From: a virus
Strand: one strand, 5' to 3'
Length of the DNA: 64,000 bases
Virus record (IMG/VR): IMGVR_UViG_3300046792_000213
Location: 1 to 64,000 of that record
Shown here: one piece after another, positions 27,454-35,469 of the stretch
How the letters are laid out: every line of letters begins with the position of its first letter
Numbering within the stretch: the stretch's first letter is position 1
Notes under the pieces: model-generated
Databases searched by the model: none
The model's input: only the letters and a program-made list of their open reading frames with translations
Told to the model about the DNA's origin: nothing
Position numbers and translations under genes: made by a program

Positions 27454-27724
27454 TCACCTCCCGCCGGCGGCGGCCTGTCGCTCCGCTTCTTCCTGTGCTC
27501 GCAGGCGCAGGGTGACCTTGGCCGCATCCACGGCGCTGGCGTACCCGGGCAGGCGCATCATGACCCACACCGGCTGCTCGTCCACCTGGTTGGGTGTCCA
27601 CCCGTACCGTTCGGCGAACCACCCGTACCGCCACGCCACCGTCTCAAACAGGGTCTCCGGGTGGTCACCGGGGATCGGGCGGCCTTCAAGGACGGCTAGG
27701 ACGCGGCGGCGCCCCCAGTAGGGG
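27454..27724 (-). CDS. Tail assembly chaperone GT extension (via predicted -1 frameshift)
   Basis: Open -1 frame overlapping the chaperone 3' end; RYGWTPNQVDEQP motif. Confidence 0.6.
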
Positions 27725-28067
27725 ACGCCGGGTCCGCCTGTGCTGCGGCGAGTGCCGCCGCATCCTCAGGCTCCGGATCCGACGGAAACAGCAGGTCTTC
27801 GGCAGGTTCGACAAGCTTCTTCAGCGCCTGGTAGTCGCGAATCTCCATCAGCCGCAGCGACTCCGGGGCCTTCAACGGGACCGGCAGCGGCAGCGACCAG
27901 TTCAGGACGAGGACGCCGATGAGGGCATTCCTCATCTGACGGATCATCGCGCCGCCCTCTCCGGTCATGGCGTCCTGGATGTCCATCTGGTCGCCGGCGC
28001 GGAGCTCGGTGGGGTCGCGGAGCTCGACCCACGAGTCCGGAGAGGCGAGTGCGTGGCGCTGAGCCAT
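27696..28067 (-). CDS. Tail assembly chaperone G
   Basis: After the major tail gene; VLNWSL, ends DPASPT. Confidence 0.7.
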   Translation of the reverse strand: MAQRHALASPDSWVELRDPTELRAGDQMDIQDAMTGEGGAMIRQMRNALIGVLVLNWSLPLPVPLKAPESLRLMEIRDYQALKKLVEPAEDLLFPSDPEPEDAAALAAAQADPASPTGGAAAS

Positions 28068-28144
28068 GGTGGTGCCTTTCGTTGTGGAAGCTGGTGCTGC
28101 CCCCGGGCTTCCACATCCGGGGGCAGCAGTCGGTGGGGTGGGGA

Positions 28145-29395
28145 TCAGAAACTGCCGGGGGCGGCGGCGCAGGTCACGGAGACTTTGACCGGGGACATGC
28201 CGCCGGATCCGCCCGCGTTGGTGGTGTTGAAGACTGCTTCGAAGCTGTCCTGGTAGCCGACGGCAGCCTTGGACGTGTCGGGGGCCGCGGCAGTGAATGC
28301 GGCGACCTGGACATCGAGCTGGATGGTGATCGCAGCGTTCCCCGCGAGGCCGTTGGAGGCGAGGATCTGCACCTGCGGCTGGGTGTTGTTCAGCATGTAC
28401 AACAGCGCGGACTCATCGGAGACGGCGCCGAAGTTGAGCTTGCCGTTCACGCTGAGGCCGCCGCGCTGGATGATGTACGGGGTCTGCACGCCGGTCGCAG
28501 TGAAGATCGGCGTCAGCTCACGGACGATGTCCACTTCGCCGTCGGTGACGGTGTTGACGAGGGTGCCGCCCGCAGCGGGGCCGCCGATGCCGATTTTCGT
28601 CCGCCACGACGCGACGGGCAGGACCGTGGTCGGGTTCGGGGTCGGGGCCGCACCGGCGGGCACCGACGGCCAGGACGTGCCCTGACCGTCCCAGGTGAGC
28701 AACTCGCTCTCTGCGTTGAACTTGAAGTTCATCCCGCCCAGGCAGAACCCCGGGTACTGGCGAGCACCCACGGTCGCTGTCGGCCCGAGGGAGTGCGTCA
28801 GGGTGTGCGACGGGGGCTGCCCGCCACCACTGTTGAGCAGGGACCACGTGTAGGTGAACAGGCCGGCGCCGACGACCGGAACCACGGTCTGTGATGCGGC
28901 GTGCCCGAACAGCAGGCCACCCGCCGGGGACGTGATGGGGATCGTGTACGGGCCCGACCCGGACGGGGTACCCGTGGTGACGACCTCCGCCGTCGCACCG
29001 GTACCGATCTGGATGACCGTCGCCGCGGGGATCGTCGCGGTCGCGGAGATGCTTGTCGCCCCCGCGACGGCCAACGCCGCCAGGGTCGTTGACCCGGATC
29101 CGGTCGGGGTGCCGGTCACCGCGAGGTCACCGAGGAGGTTCCGCAGCCAGAAACCCAGGGTGTCCCCGTACACGGGGCCGCCGAGGGAGATGTCGGCGGT
29201 GGCGACGCCCTGAATCTGCGCGAAGCTGTCGGTTCCCATCGACCCGCGCCACGACTGGTCCTTGAGATAGGTCGGCTTGTCGGTCGGGCTGAACGTCGTC
29301 AGCAGCTGCGTGGCGGTCATCGCCACCGGCGTGCCCTGCGCGGTCTCGCTGGCGATGCCGACGAACTGCTTTGTGGATGCGTAGGTGGCGACCAC
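28145..29395 (-). CDS. Major tail (tube) protein
   Basis: FVGIASETAQGTP N-terminus, GGAGGAG RBS, upstream of the chaperones. Confidence 0.8.
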   Translation of the reverse strand: MVATYASTKQFVGIASETAQGTPVAMTATQLLTTFSPTDKPTYLKDQSWRGSMGTDSFAQIQGVATADISLGGPVYGDTLGFWLRNLLGDLAVTGTPTGSGSTTLAALAVAGATSISATATIPAATVIQIGTGATAEVVTTGTPSGSGPYTIPITSPAGGLLFGHAASQTVVPVVGAGLFTYTWSLLNSGGGQPPSHTLTHSLGPTATVGARQYPGFCLGGMNFKFNAESELLTWDGQGTSWPSVPAGAAPTPNPTTVLPVASWRTKIGIGGPAAGGTLVNTVTDGEVDIVRELTPIFTATGVQTPYIIQRGGLSVNGKLNFGAVSDESALLYMLNNTQPQVQILASNGLAGNAAITIQLDVQVAAFTAAAPDTSKAAVGYQDSFEAVFNTTNAGGSGGMSPVKVSVTCAAAPGSF

Positions 29396-29397
29396 GG

Positions 29398-29718
29398 TCA
29401 CTCCTCCGAGGCGGGCGGAGCGTTGTCCGCGATCTGGTTGGGCTTCTTCTTGGTGGGCGACCACCGGCCGTCATCCGGGGCGGAGAACGGCCAGTCGAAG
29501 ACCGTTGCCGAGTTGTCCTCGTCCGCCGGGCGGGCCGTGAGCGGCACTTCGAGGTAGTGGGTGGCTATCGGCCCGGTGAACTCGTAGACCCCCGCAGGCT
29601 GGCGCCCGGCCGGGACCTCGGTGGCTGGCGCGTCCGACGCCGGAGCGGGGGGCTCGGTGGTGGTCTTGGGCGCCGGCGTGGGGTCCGGCTTCGGCTCGTC
29701 CTTGGCGGTCGCAGGCAT
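29398..29718 (-). CDS. Hypothetical Pro-rich virion-region protein
   Basis: 106 aa, coupled to the major tail gene. Confidence 0.55.
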   Translation of the reverse strand: MPATAKDEPKPDPTPAPKTTTEPPAPASDAPATEVPAGRQPAGVYEFTGPIATHYLEVPLTARPADEDNSATVFDWPFSAPDDGRWSPTKKKPNQIADNAPPASEE

Positions 29719-29757
29719 GCGGAACTCCAGTCCGGCAGGGTAATTGGGGGCGGCGGG

Positions 29758-30288
29758 TCAGGCCTGGACGATCTCCAGGGCCGTGAACGACATCAATGCG
29801 AACGACTTGGTCAGGCCTGCCTTGGTCTCGGGCTGCCCGTACTCCACGTCGATGGAGCCCCGGCCGCCGTCTACTGCCTCACCGGCCTCGAAGCAGGCGT
29901 TGCCGAGGGTGCGGTCAGCCCGCATGTGCTCGACAAGGGCGTCACGCAGGGCGTACACGTCGTCCTGCGCGTCCTCGGCGTGCGGCGTCCGGGACCGGAT
30001 GTACACGGCGAACTCGACGTCGTAGCGGACGTTCTTCTGGCCGCCGTGCTCGCCAGCCAGGGCAAAGCGCTGCTCAGACTGGCTGGGGATCCACACGACG
30101 ATCTGGCAGCCGGTGCGGGCGCCGTCGCCCTGGCCGTGGAAGTAGTCGGCCATCTTGTCGTCTGCCGCCCACGCCCGCCGCACCACGCCCACACCGGGAA
30201 GAGGCGACGACCGGTAGGTGCGGGTGTCGGGGTCGTAGGCGCCACCGAAGTAGGCGCAGATCCCGTCGAGGACCGTCCGGATGCTCAT
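29758..30288 (-). CDS. Probable tail terminator
   Basis: Position, and RADRTLG motif. Confidence 0.6.
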   Translation of the reverse strand: MSIRTVLDGICAYFGGAYDPDTRTYRSSPLPGVGVVRRAWAADDKMADYFHGQGDGARTGCQIVVWIPSQSEQRFALAGEHGGQKNVRYDVEFAVYIRSRTPHAEDAQDDVYALRDALVEHMRADRTLGNACFEAGEAVDGGRGSIDVEYGQPETKAGLTKSFALMSFTALEIVQA

Positions 30289-31166
30289 CGCACCCGCCCG
30301 TAGGACGCCAGGGTGCGGGCCGCAGCGGCGATCAGGCCAGTGCCGTTGCGGGGGTCGCTCTTGCGGGTGTCGGACCCGAGGGCGGTGTTGGGGAACTCGT
30401 CCTCGGCGGAGCTATCTGGCCGCATCAGGGTGGCGGTGACTTTCTGCACGATCGCGTTGCGGGCGTCAGCGGGCAGGCTGGAGAAGTCGTGCCCGACCTC
30501 GTGGGCGTTGACCGTTGGTGCGGCCAGCAGGACAGCGGTAGGCGCAAGCGGCACGGTCGAGTCGGGCGGCACCCACAGCGGGGACACAGTGACGGTCTCC
30601 TCCGCACCAGGTTCCCAGATTCGGTACTCCCCACCCGGGACGATGCCCGTCGGGTCGGCGACCGTCAGGGAGATGACGCCCGCAAGAGAATCGTCGGCCA
30701 GGACAGTGGCGACGAACCCCGCCGTGATGCTGGCCAGCACGAACACCTCACCGGACAGGGGCAACCCGAACTGCAACGACCCCGACCAGGCGGCGTTCTG
30801 GCCACCGATGGGCAGCACGATGTTCGTGTCGTTCTCCACCCACGCCCCACTGCCCGGCACGGTAGTGAGGACGGTTGAGGCGAGCCCGTAGCCGACGCTG
30901 TTCACGGCGATCACTGGGCCGTGGTCGGCGTGCCACTTGAGGTTCCCCGACCGGTCCACCACGGCCCGGCACCGCTGGATTCGGACGTGCGCACCGAGGG
31001 GCTGGTCGCACTCGTTGTCAGCCCATGCAGACGCCTCCAGCAGGAGCGTGGTGAGGGCGGCCGTCTGGTCGGCTGGGTCCGGGTTGCCGACGCGCAGCCC
31101 GTCGGTGTCCAGGTAGGTGGGGTGTGCTCGGAATGCCGCGGCGGACACGTAGGGCGTGGTGGGCAC
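30285..31166 (-). CDS. Head-to-tail adaptor with inserted domain
   Basis: PYVSAAAF...LLLEASAWADNEC...LPAD..NAI...LASYGR. Confidence 0.7.
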   Translation of the reverse strand: MPTTPYVSAAAFRAHPTYLDTDGLRVGNPDPADQTAALTTLLLEASAWADNECDQPLGAHVRIQRCRAVVDRSGNLKWHADHGPVIAVNSVGYGLASTVLTTVPGSGAWVENDTNIVLPIGGQNAAWSGSLQFGLPLSGEVFVLASITAGFVATVLADDSLAGVISLTVADPTGIVPGGEYRIWEPGAEETVTVSPLWVPPDSTVPLAPTAVLLAAPTVNAHEVGHDFSSLPADARNAIVQKVTATLMRPDSSAEDEFPNTALGSDTRKSDPRNGTGLIAAAARTLASYGRVR

Positions 31167-31191
31167 GACCGCTCACCCCCGTTCGTCTCGG

Positions 31192-31488
31192 TCAGGTGTC
31201 GCGGATCCAGGTGCCGTGCTCGCAGCCGTGCGAGAAGGCGCCGTCCGCCCACCCGTTGGGGAAGCAGATCGGGCAGGGCTGCTCGACTTCCTGGAGGTCG
31301 CTCTTCGTCGGCTTGTCGTCCGGCGGGGAGGCTTCGGCCGGCGGATCGACAGGGGCGGGAGTAGTGGCACCCGCGTCGGCATCGGCTGGCGGGACGGTCT
31401 CGGTCGGTAGGGTCTCGTCGCCCTGCTGCTCAGCCGCCGGGGCGTCAGGGGTGGGCGGCTTCGGTTCGGCGCGCTTGCGCGGGGGCAT
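31192..31488 (-). CDS. Hypothetical protein with C-terminal Zn motif
   Basis: CPICFP...GCEHG. Confidence 0.55.
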   Translation of the reverse strand: MPPRKRAEPKPPTPDAPAAEQQGDETLPTETVPPADADAGATTPAPVDPPAEASPPDDKPTKSDLQEVEQPCPICFPNGWADGAFSHGCEHGTWIRDT

Positions 31489-31492
31489 GTTC

Positions 31493-31759
31493 CTACTCCT
31501 TCTCGCAGGCGCCGCCGCAGCGGCCACACGTCTTGACGTAGGCGGCGAATCCGCAGTCCGTGCAGCGGTAGCCGCCGCGGGTGCGCCCGCCGAGATTGGC
31601 GGGGAACGCCCCGTACTCGCGGAGGGCACGTTCGTGCTGCGGGTTGGTGACGGTGACGGTGCCGTCACGTCCGGCGGTGTACGCGGTTTTGGTGCCGGTC
31701 TGGGCGCCGAGGATGTCGATGCCGCGGACGGCTCCGTCGGGCAGGCAGAGGCGGGTCAC
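31493..31759 (-). CDS. Small zinc-ribbon protein
   Basis: CTDCGF...CGRCG. Confidence 0.6.
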   Translation of the reverse strand: MTRLCLPDGAVRGIDILGAQTGTKTAYTAGRDGTVTVTNPQHERALREYGAFPANLGGRTRGGYRCTDCGFAAYVKTCGRCGGACEKE

Positions 31760-31832
31760 GGGGTCCTCCGGTGGGGGTGGTGAGGGTTGGTCCTGCGACC
31801 CCGCACCCTCGGGCGGGGCCGCAGGAGGTGGG

Positions 31833-33554
31833 TCAGCCTGCCTTGATGCCGGTGATCGCGGCGTTCCAGGCAGGTGCGTAGCACAGCAGCGCCCCGAACC
31901 AGTAGCTGGAGGACTCGAAGCTGAACTGGTTGACGGGCCAGTCGATTCCCATGAGGTCCTGGACGTTGAAGACGCTCCAGATGTCGCTGACCTGGGAGTC
32001 CGGGATGGGCAGGCTGTCAGAGAGGATCACCGAGCTGCCCTGCGGCATCCAGGGGTGGACCTCGACGGCGACACCCTTGCCGGTGACCTCGTTGATGATC
32101 GTGTTCACGACGTCGCCGATGGTCACACCGGTCAACTGGTCCTGCGCGATCGTCATCCGGTAGTTGCTGGACGAGTTCGTCTTGAGGGCGTCGGACAGCT
32201 GCTTCCGGTCCGCGCCGTTCAGCAGGGTCCGGTCCGGGTCGGCCTTGACCGCGTTGTAGAGGGCGACGAACGCGTTCTGCCACTCCACGCCCGGGTTGGT
32301 GTTGCTGAGAGCACCGTTGATGCGACTGACGTAACCCGAGTCCGGGCCGGTGCAGATCGGCAGGATGCCGTCGTACCCGGCCGCGTAGGCGGAGGTGTCG
32401 CCGGTGACCGTCGATGCGGCGACACCCGACGTCGGCAGGGCACCCGTGATGGTGAACGTGTTGTAGCCAGACTTGCCGGCGTACCAGCGCGAAGCGTCGC
32501 CGGGGTCGGAGGCGCCGGTGGACACGTACACGCGCATGCCAGTCGCGCCTGCGGGAAGGACAGCGGTGACGTCCACGACCTGCCCGTTGGCGACCGCGAC
32601 GGTCACGGCGGAGGTCAGAACGGACTGGCCGAAGTCGCCCGCATCCGAGGTGACCTTGATGTACAGGCTGGTGGTGGCACCGGAGATGCCCACCTCGGAC
32701 CCGGCGGCGGACCGGGCGGTGCCCGCGAGGCCGGTCGGGGCGGCGAGGGCGCCGATGAATCCGTTGCCGGACGTGCCGCGGCCCATGAGGAGCATGCGCT
32801 CCTCCAGCAGCATGCTGGAGTACATGAGGCTGGTGCGGGACAGCTGCCGGATGTCCTGGTAGCCCTGACCGGCGTACTGCGCGGACCACGTCACCGCGTC
32901 GCTGACGCTGAACTGGCTGTAGGAGACGTTCTTGTCGTACCCGGCGTAGCTGATCTTCGGGCCGCGGGCGTAGTACAGGGCGTTGGACGCGCCGCCCGGG
33001 GCGAAGTTCGTCTGGGTGCTGTCGACGATGCCCGGGTGGATGTTGCCGACCCCGCCGGTGCCGGTGCCCGTGAAGCCGCTGATGACCTTGAAGCGGTGGG
33101 ACAGGCCGATGCCCTTCTTCCGCGGGATGCGGTTCCGCAGCGGCGTCGGCCGCGGTGTGAGCATCTTCGCGGGGGCTTCCAGGTCGAACGCGACCAGGCC
33201 GCTGGAGAGCGGGCTGGTGGTGGAGATGTCCTTGACGAGGTCCGGCTGCTGCGACTTCAAGTCGGTCAGCGCCGCGGTCACGGACGCCAGGGCCTCCGCG
33301 GACAGGCCCTTGACGATGTCGGGCCGGTCCAGGGCCTTGGTGAGGGCACCGTAGGCGGTGTTCGGGGCCTGGTCGAAGCTGATGCCGCGGCCCTCGGTGA
33401 AGGCCTCCACGACGTCCTGCGGCCCGAGGACCCGGGACGGGGCGTTGTCGACGGCGTCCATGAGCGCGTCGAAGCGGGTGGAGACCTCGGCCTTGGACAG
33501 GCTCGGGGCTTCCGGTGCGTCACCGAACAGTACGTCGGCGCGGGGCAGAGCCAT
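31833..33554 (-). CDS. Major capsid protein with internal Ig/FN3-like insertion
   Basis: DLEAPAKMLTPRPTPLRNRIPR, EERMLLMG, VEVHPWMPQG; follows the protease/scaffold gene. Confidence 0.8.
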   Translation of the reverse strand: MALPRADVLFGDAPEAPSLSKAEVSTRFDALMDAVDNAPSRVLGPQDVVEAFTEGRGISFDQAPNTAYGALTKALDRPDIVKGLSAEALASVTAALTDLKSQQPDLVKDISTTSPLSSGLVAFDLEAPAKMLTPRPTPLRNRIPRKKGIGLSHRFKVISGFTGTGTGGVGNIHPGIVDSTQTNFAPGGASNALYYARGPKISYAGYDKNVSYSQFSVSDAVTWSAQYAGQGYQDIRQLSRTSLMYSSMLLEERMLLMGRGTSGNGFIGALAAPTGLAGTARSAAGSEVGISGATTSLYIKVTSDAGDFGQSVLTSAVTVAVANGQVVDVTAVLPAGATGMRVYVSTGASDPGDASRWYAGKSGYNTFTITGALPTSGVAASTVTGDTSAYAAGYDGILPICTGPDSGYVSRINGALSNTNPGVEWQNAFVALYNAVKADPDRTLLNGADRKQLSDALKTNSSSNYRMTIAQDQLTGVTIGDVVNTIINEVTGKGVAVEVHPWMPQGSSVILSDSLPIPDSQVSDIWSVFNVQDLMGIDWPVNQFSFESSSYWFGALLCYAPAWNAAITGIKAG

Positions 33555-33618
33555 GATGGCCCCTTTCATGCGAAAGACCCCACAGCGGGGGTCGGAGTTG
33601 GCGGAGGGGTGTGCAGGC

Positions 33619-35424
33619 TCAGGCGTCGGCCTTGGTCAGGAGCGCCTGTGCGCGCTCCAGGTAGCCGTCACGCAGGTCACGGTCGGAGACCTGATCGGCC
33701 TTGACCTTGAGGGCTGCGGCTTCCTGTCGCAGGCGGTCGGCGTCGCCGCCGCGTGCAATTGCCTGCTGTGCAGAGGTGCGAGTGAGCACGGGTCCGCCCG
33801 GGGTGGGCATGGCCCGGAACTCCTCGATGGCCTGCTCCGCCTTCGTCAACTTCGCCGCGAGCGCGGTCTCGCGCTCCTGTGCGGCTTCCGTGACCTCTGC
33901 GACTGCGGCCTTGACGAGTTCGGCCACATCGGCCTTCGTCACTGCGTCGGCGGGCGGCTCGCTGGCTGCGGGCTCGTCCTCCTTGGGGGTCTCTCCGGGC
34001 TCCTCCGGCTCACCCTGGGTGGGCTGCTCGGGGGTCTCCGGGGTCTGGAGGGTGGACTCGACGGCCGACTCCGCGGGTTCTGCGGCGGGCTCGTCCGGAG
34101 TCTCTGGGGTTTCGGGGGTGTCGGTCTTGGTGATGTCGGGCTGGTCGGAGAGGCCCATGTCGGCGTCTCCGTCGCCGTTCTGTTCGCGCTCTTCGCGGTT
34201 CTTGAACCAGGTGAGGGAGCGGACGGCGTCGAGGAGGAGGCTGATGTCGATGGCCTCGTTGAGGTTGCCCTGGGCGAGGGATTCCGCTTCGGCGATGATG
34301 AGGCGGGCGATGACCGCGATGGCGCTCTGGGCGTCGGCGATGTCCTCGGCCTCGCTGTCATCGGCCTTGGCGAGGGCTGGGGCGACGGCGCGCGCGTCGC
34401 GAAGGACCTCCTCGGCCTTCGCTACAGTCTCCGCATCCACGGCGACGTCGGGCTCGTCGGCCTTTGCAGCTTCCTTGAGGGATCCGTCGGGGTTCCAGTT
34501 GTCGGGCACCATGGCCTCCAGTCCGAGGGCCTTCGCCCGCTTGATGACGTGTGCGCGGATCTTGTCGTGGCCAGTGCCGCCGCGGCCCACGGCCTTGATG
34601 GCCTTTCGCAGGTCGGCCTTCGTGCTGATCGGGTAGCTGCCGTCAGGCATTGCGGCGCCCGAGGTGGCGGCCTTCTTCCGGCCAGCCGCTGACAGGTCCG
34701 CTTTGCCAACCTCGCCACGGAGGTCTTGCTCCGACATCACGGCGCCCTGGACCACGACGTTAACTGTGACCTGCGGCGCGGCATCGTCCGTCTTGGTGGC
34801 CTCCGCGGTCACGGTGGCGCCGCCTGAGGCGAGAGCGGCGAGGGCTTCCTTCACGGGGGCGGCGAGGCGGTCGTACAGCTCGGGGAGCAGCCCGAACGCC
34901 TCGGCGTCGGACTTCTCCGTGACGTGAGCGTCGGGGACGACCTCCAGGTCGCCGCCGATTCCGTCGGCCTTGGCGATCTCGAAGAGAGTGGTGGGGTTGC
35001 AGGGCCGGTCAACGACGGAGACCTCAATGATGTCCCCGCCGACGATCTCGCCACCCGGGGCGTCGGCCTTCCCCAGGGTGACCTTCGGGTTCTTGATGCC
35101 CACGGAAAAGCCCTTGAGGACGCCGTGCTCGCACTTCAGAACCGCAACCGGGTCGACGATTCGGGCGGCCAGCATGTGCATGTCGCCGTCCGCCTTGGAC
35201 AGTCCGACGCCGACGCCCACCGCACGCTTGCCGTCGTGCTGCTCGCGGACGTTGCCACCCTGGTTGAACCAGGCGGGCATGGCCTGGTCCAGCCACTGTG
35301 CGTTCAGGCGCTGCTGATCTCGGTCCAGGTCCGGTGATGCGGCCGGCCCGTACACGAGCAGGGTGCCGTCATCGTCCTTTTCCATCTTCGTGATGGGCGC
35401 CCACGCATATGTGGTCTCAGGCAT
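33619..35424 (-). CDS. Prohead protease fused to scaffold
   Basis: DLDRDQQ, NVREQH, LKGFSVG, EVSVVDRPCNP; acidic/coiled-coil C-terminus. Confidence 0.8.
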   Translation of the reverse strand: MPETTYAWAPITKMEKDDDGTLLVYGPAASPDLDRDQQRLNAQWLDQAMPAWFNQGGNVREQHDGKRAVGVGVGLSKADGDMHMLAARIVDPVAVLKCEHGVLKGFSVGIKNPKVTLGKADAPGGEIVGGDIIEVSVVDRPCNPTTLFEIAKADGIGGDLEVVPDAHVTEKSDAEAFGLLPELYDRLAAPVKEALAALASGGATVTAEATKTDDAAPQVTVNVVVQGAVMSEQDLRGEVGKADLSAAGRKKAATSGAAMPDGSYPISTKADLRKAIKAVGRGGTGHDKIRAHVIKRAKALGLEAMVPDNWNPDGSLKEAAKADEPDVAVDAETVAKAEEVLRDARAVAPALAKADDSEAEDIADAQSAIAVIARLIIAEAESLAQGNLNEAIDISLLLDAVRSLTWFKNREEREQNGDGDADMGLSDQPDITKTDTPETPETPDEPAAEPAESAVESTLQTPETPEQPTQGEPEEPGETPKEDEPAASEPPADAVTKADVAELVKAAVAEVTEAAQERETALAAKLTKAEQAIEEFRAMPTPGGPVLTRTSAQQAIARGGDADRLRQEAAALKVKADQVSDRDLRDGYLERAQALLTKADA

Positions 35425-35469
35425 GAATTCCTCCTCGCCCGGTGCGCGGGCGCGCTGTAGTGAAGACGG

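Noticed and set aside
31581-33704. 707-aa plus-strand ORF and the many other long Arg/Pro/Gly-rich overlapping ORFs
   Set aside because: Shadows or off-frame ORFs of real genes (capsid, traB, recombinase and others); composition reflects GC bias.
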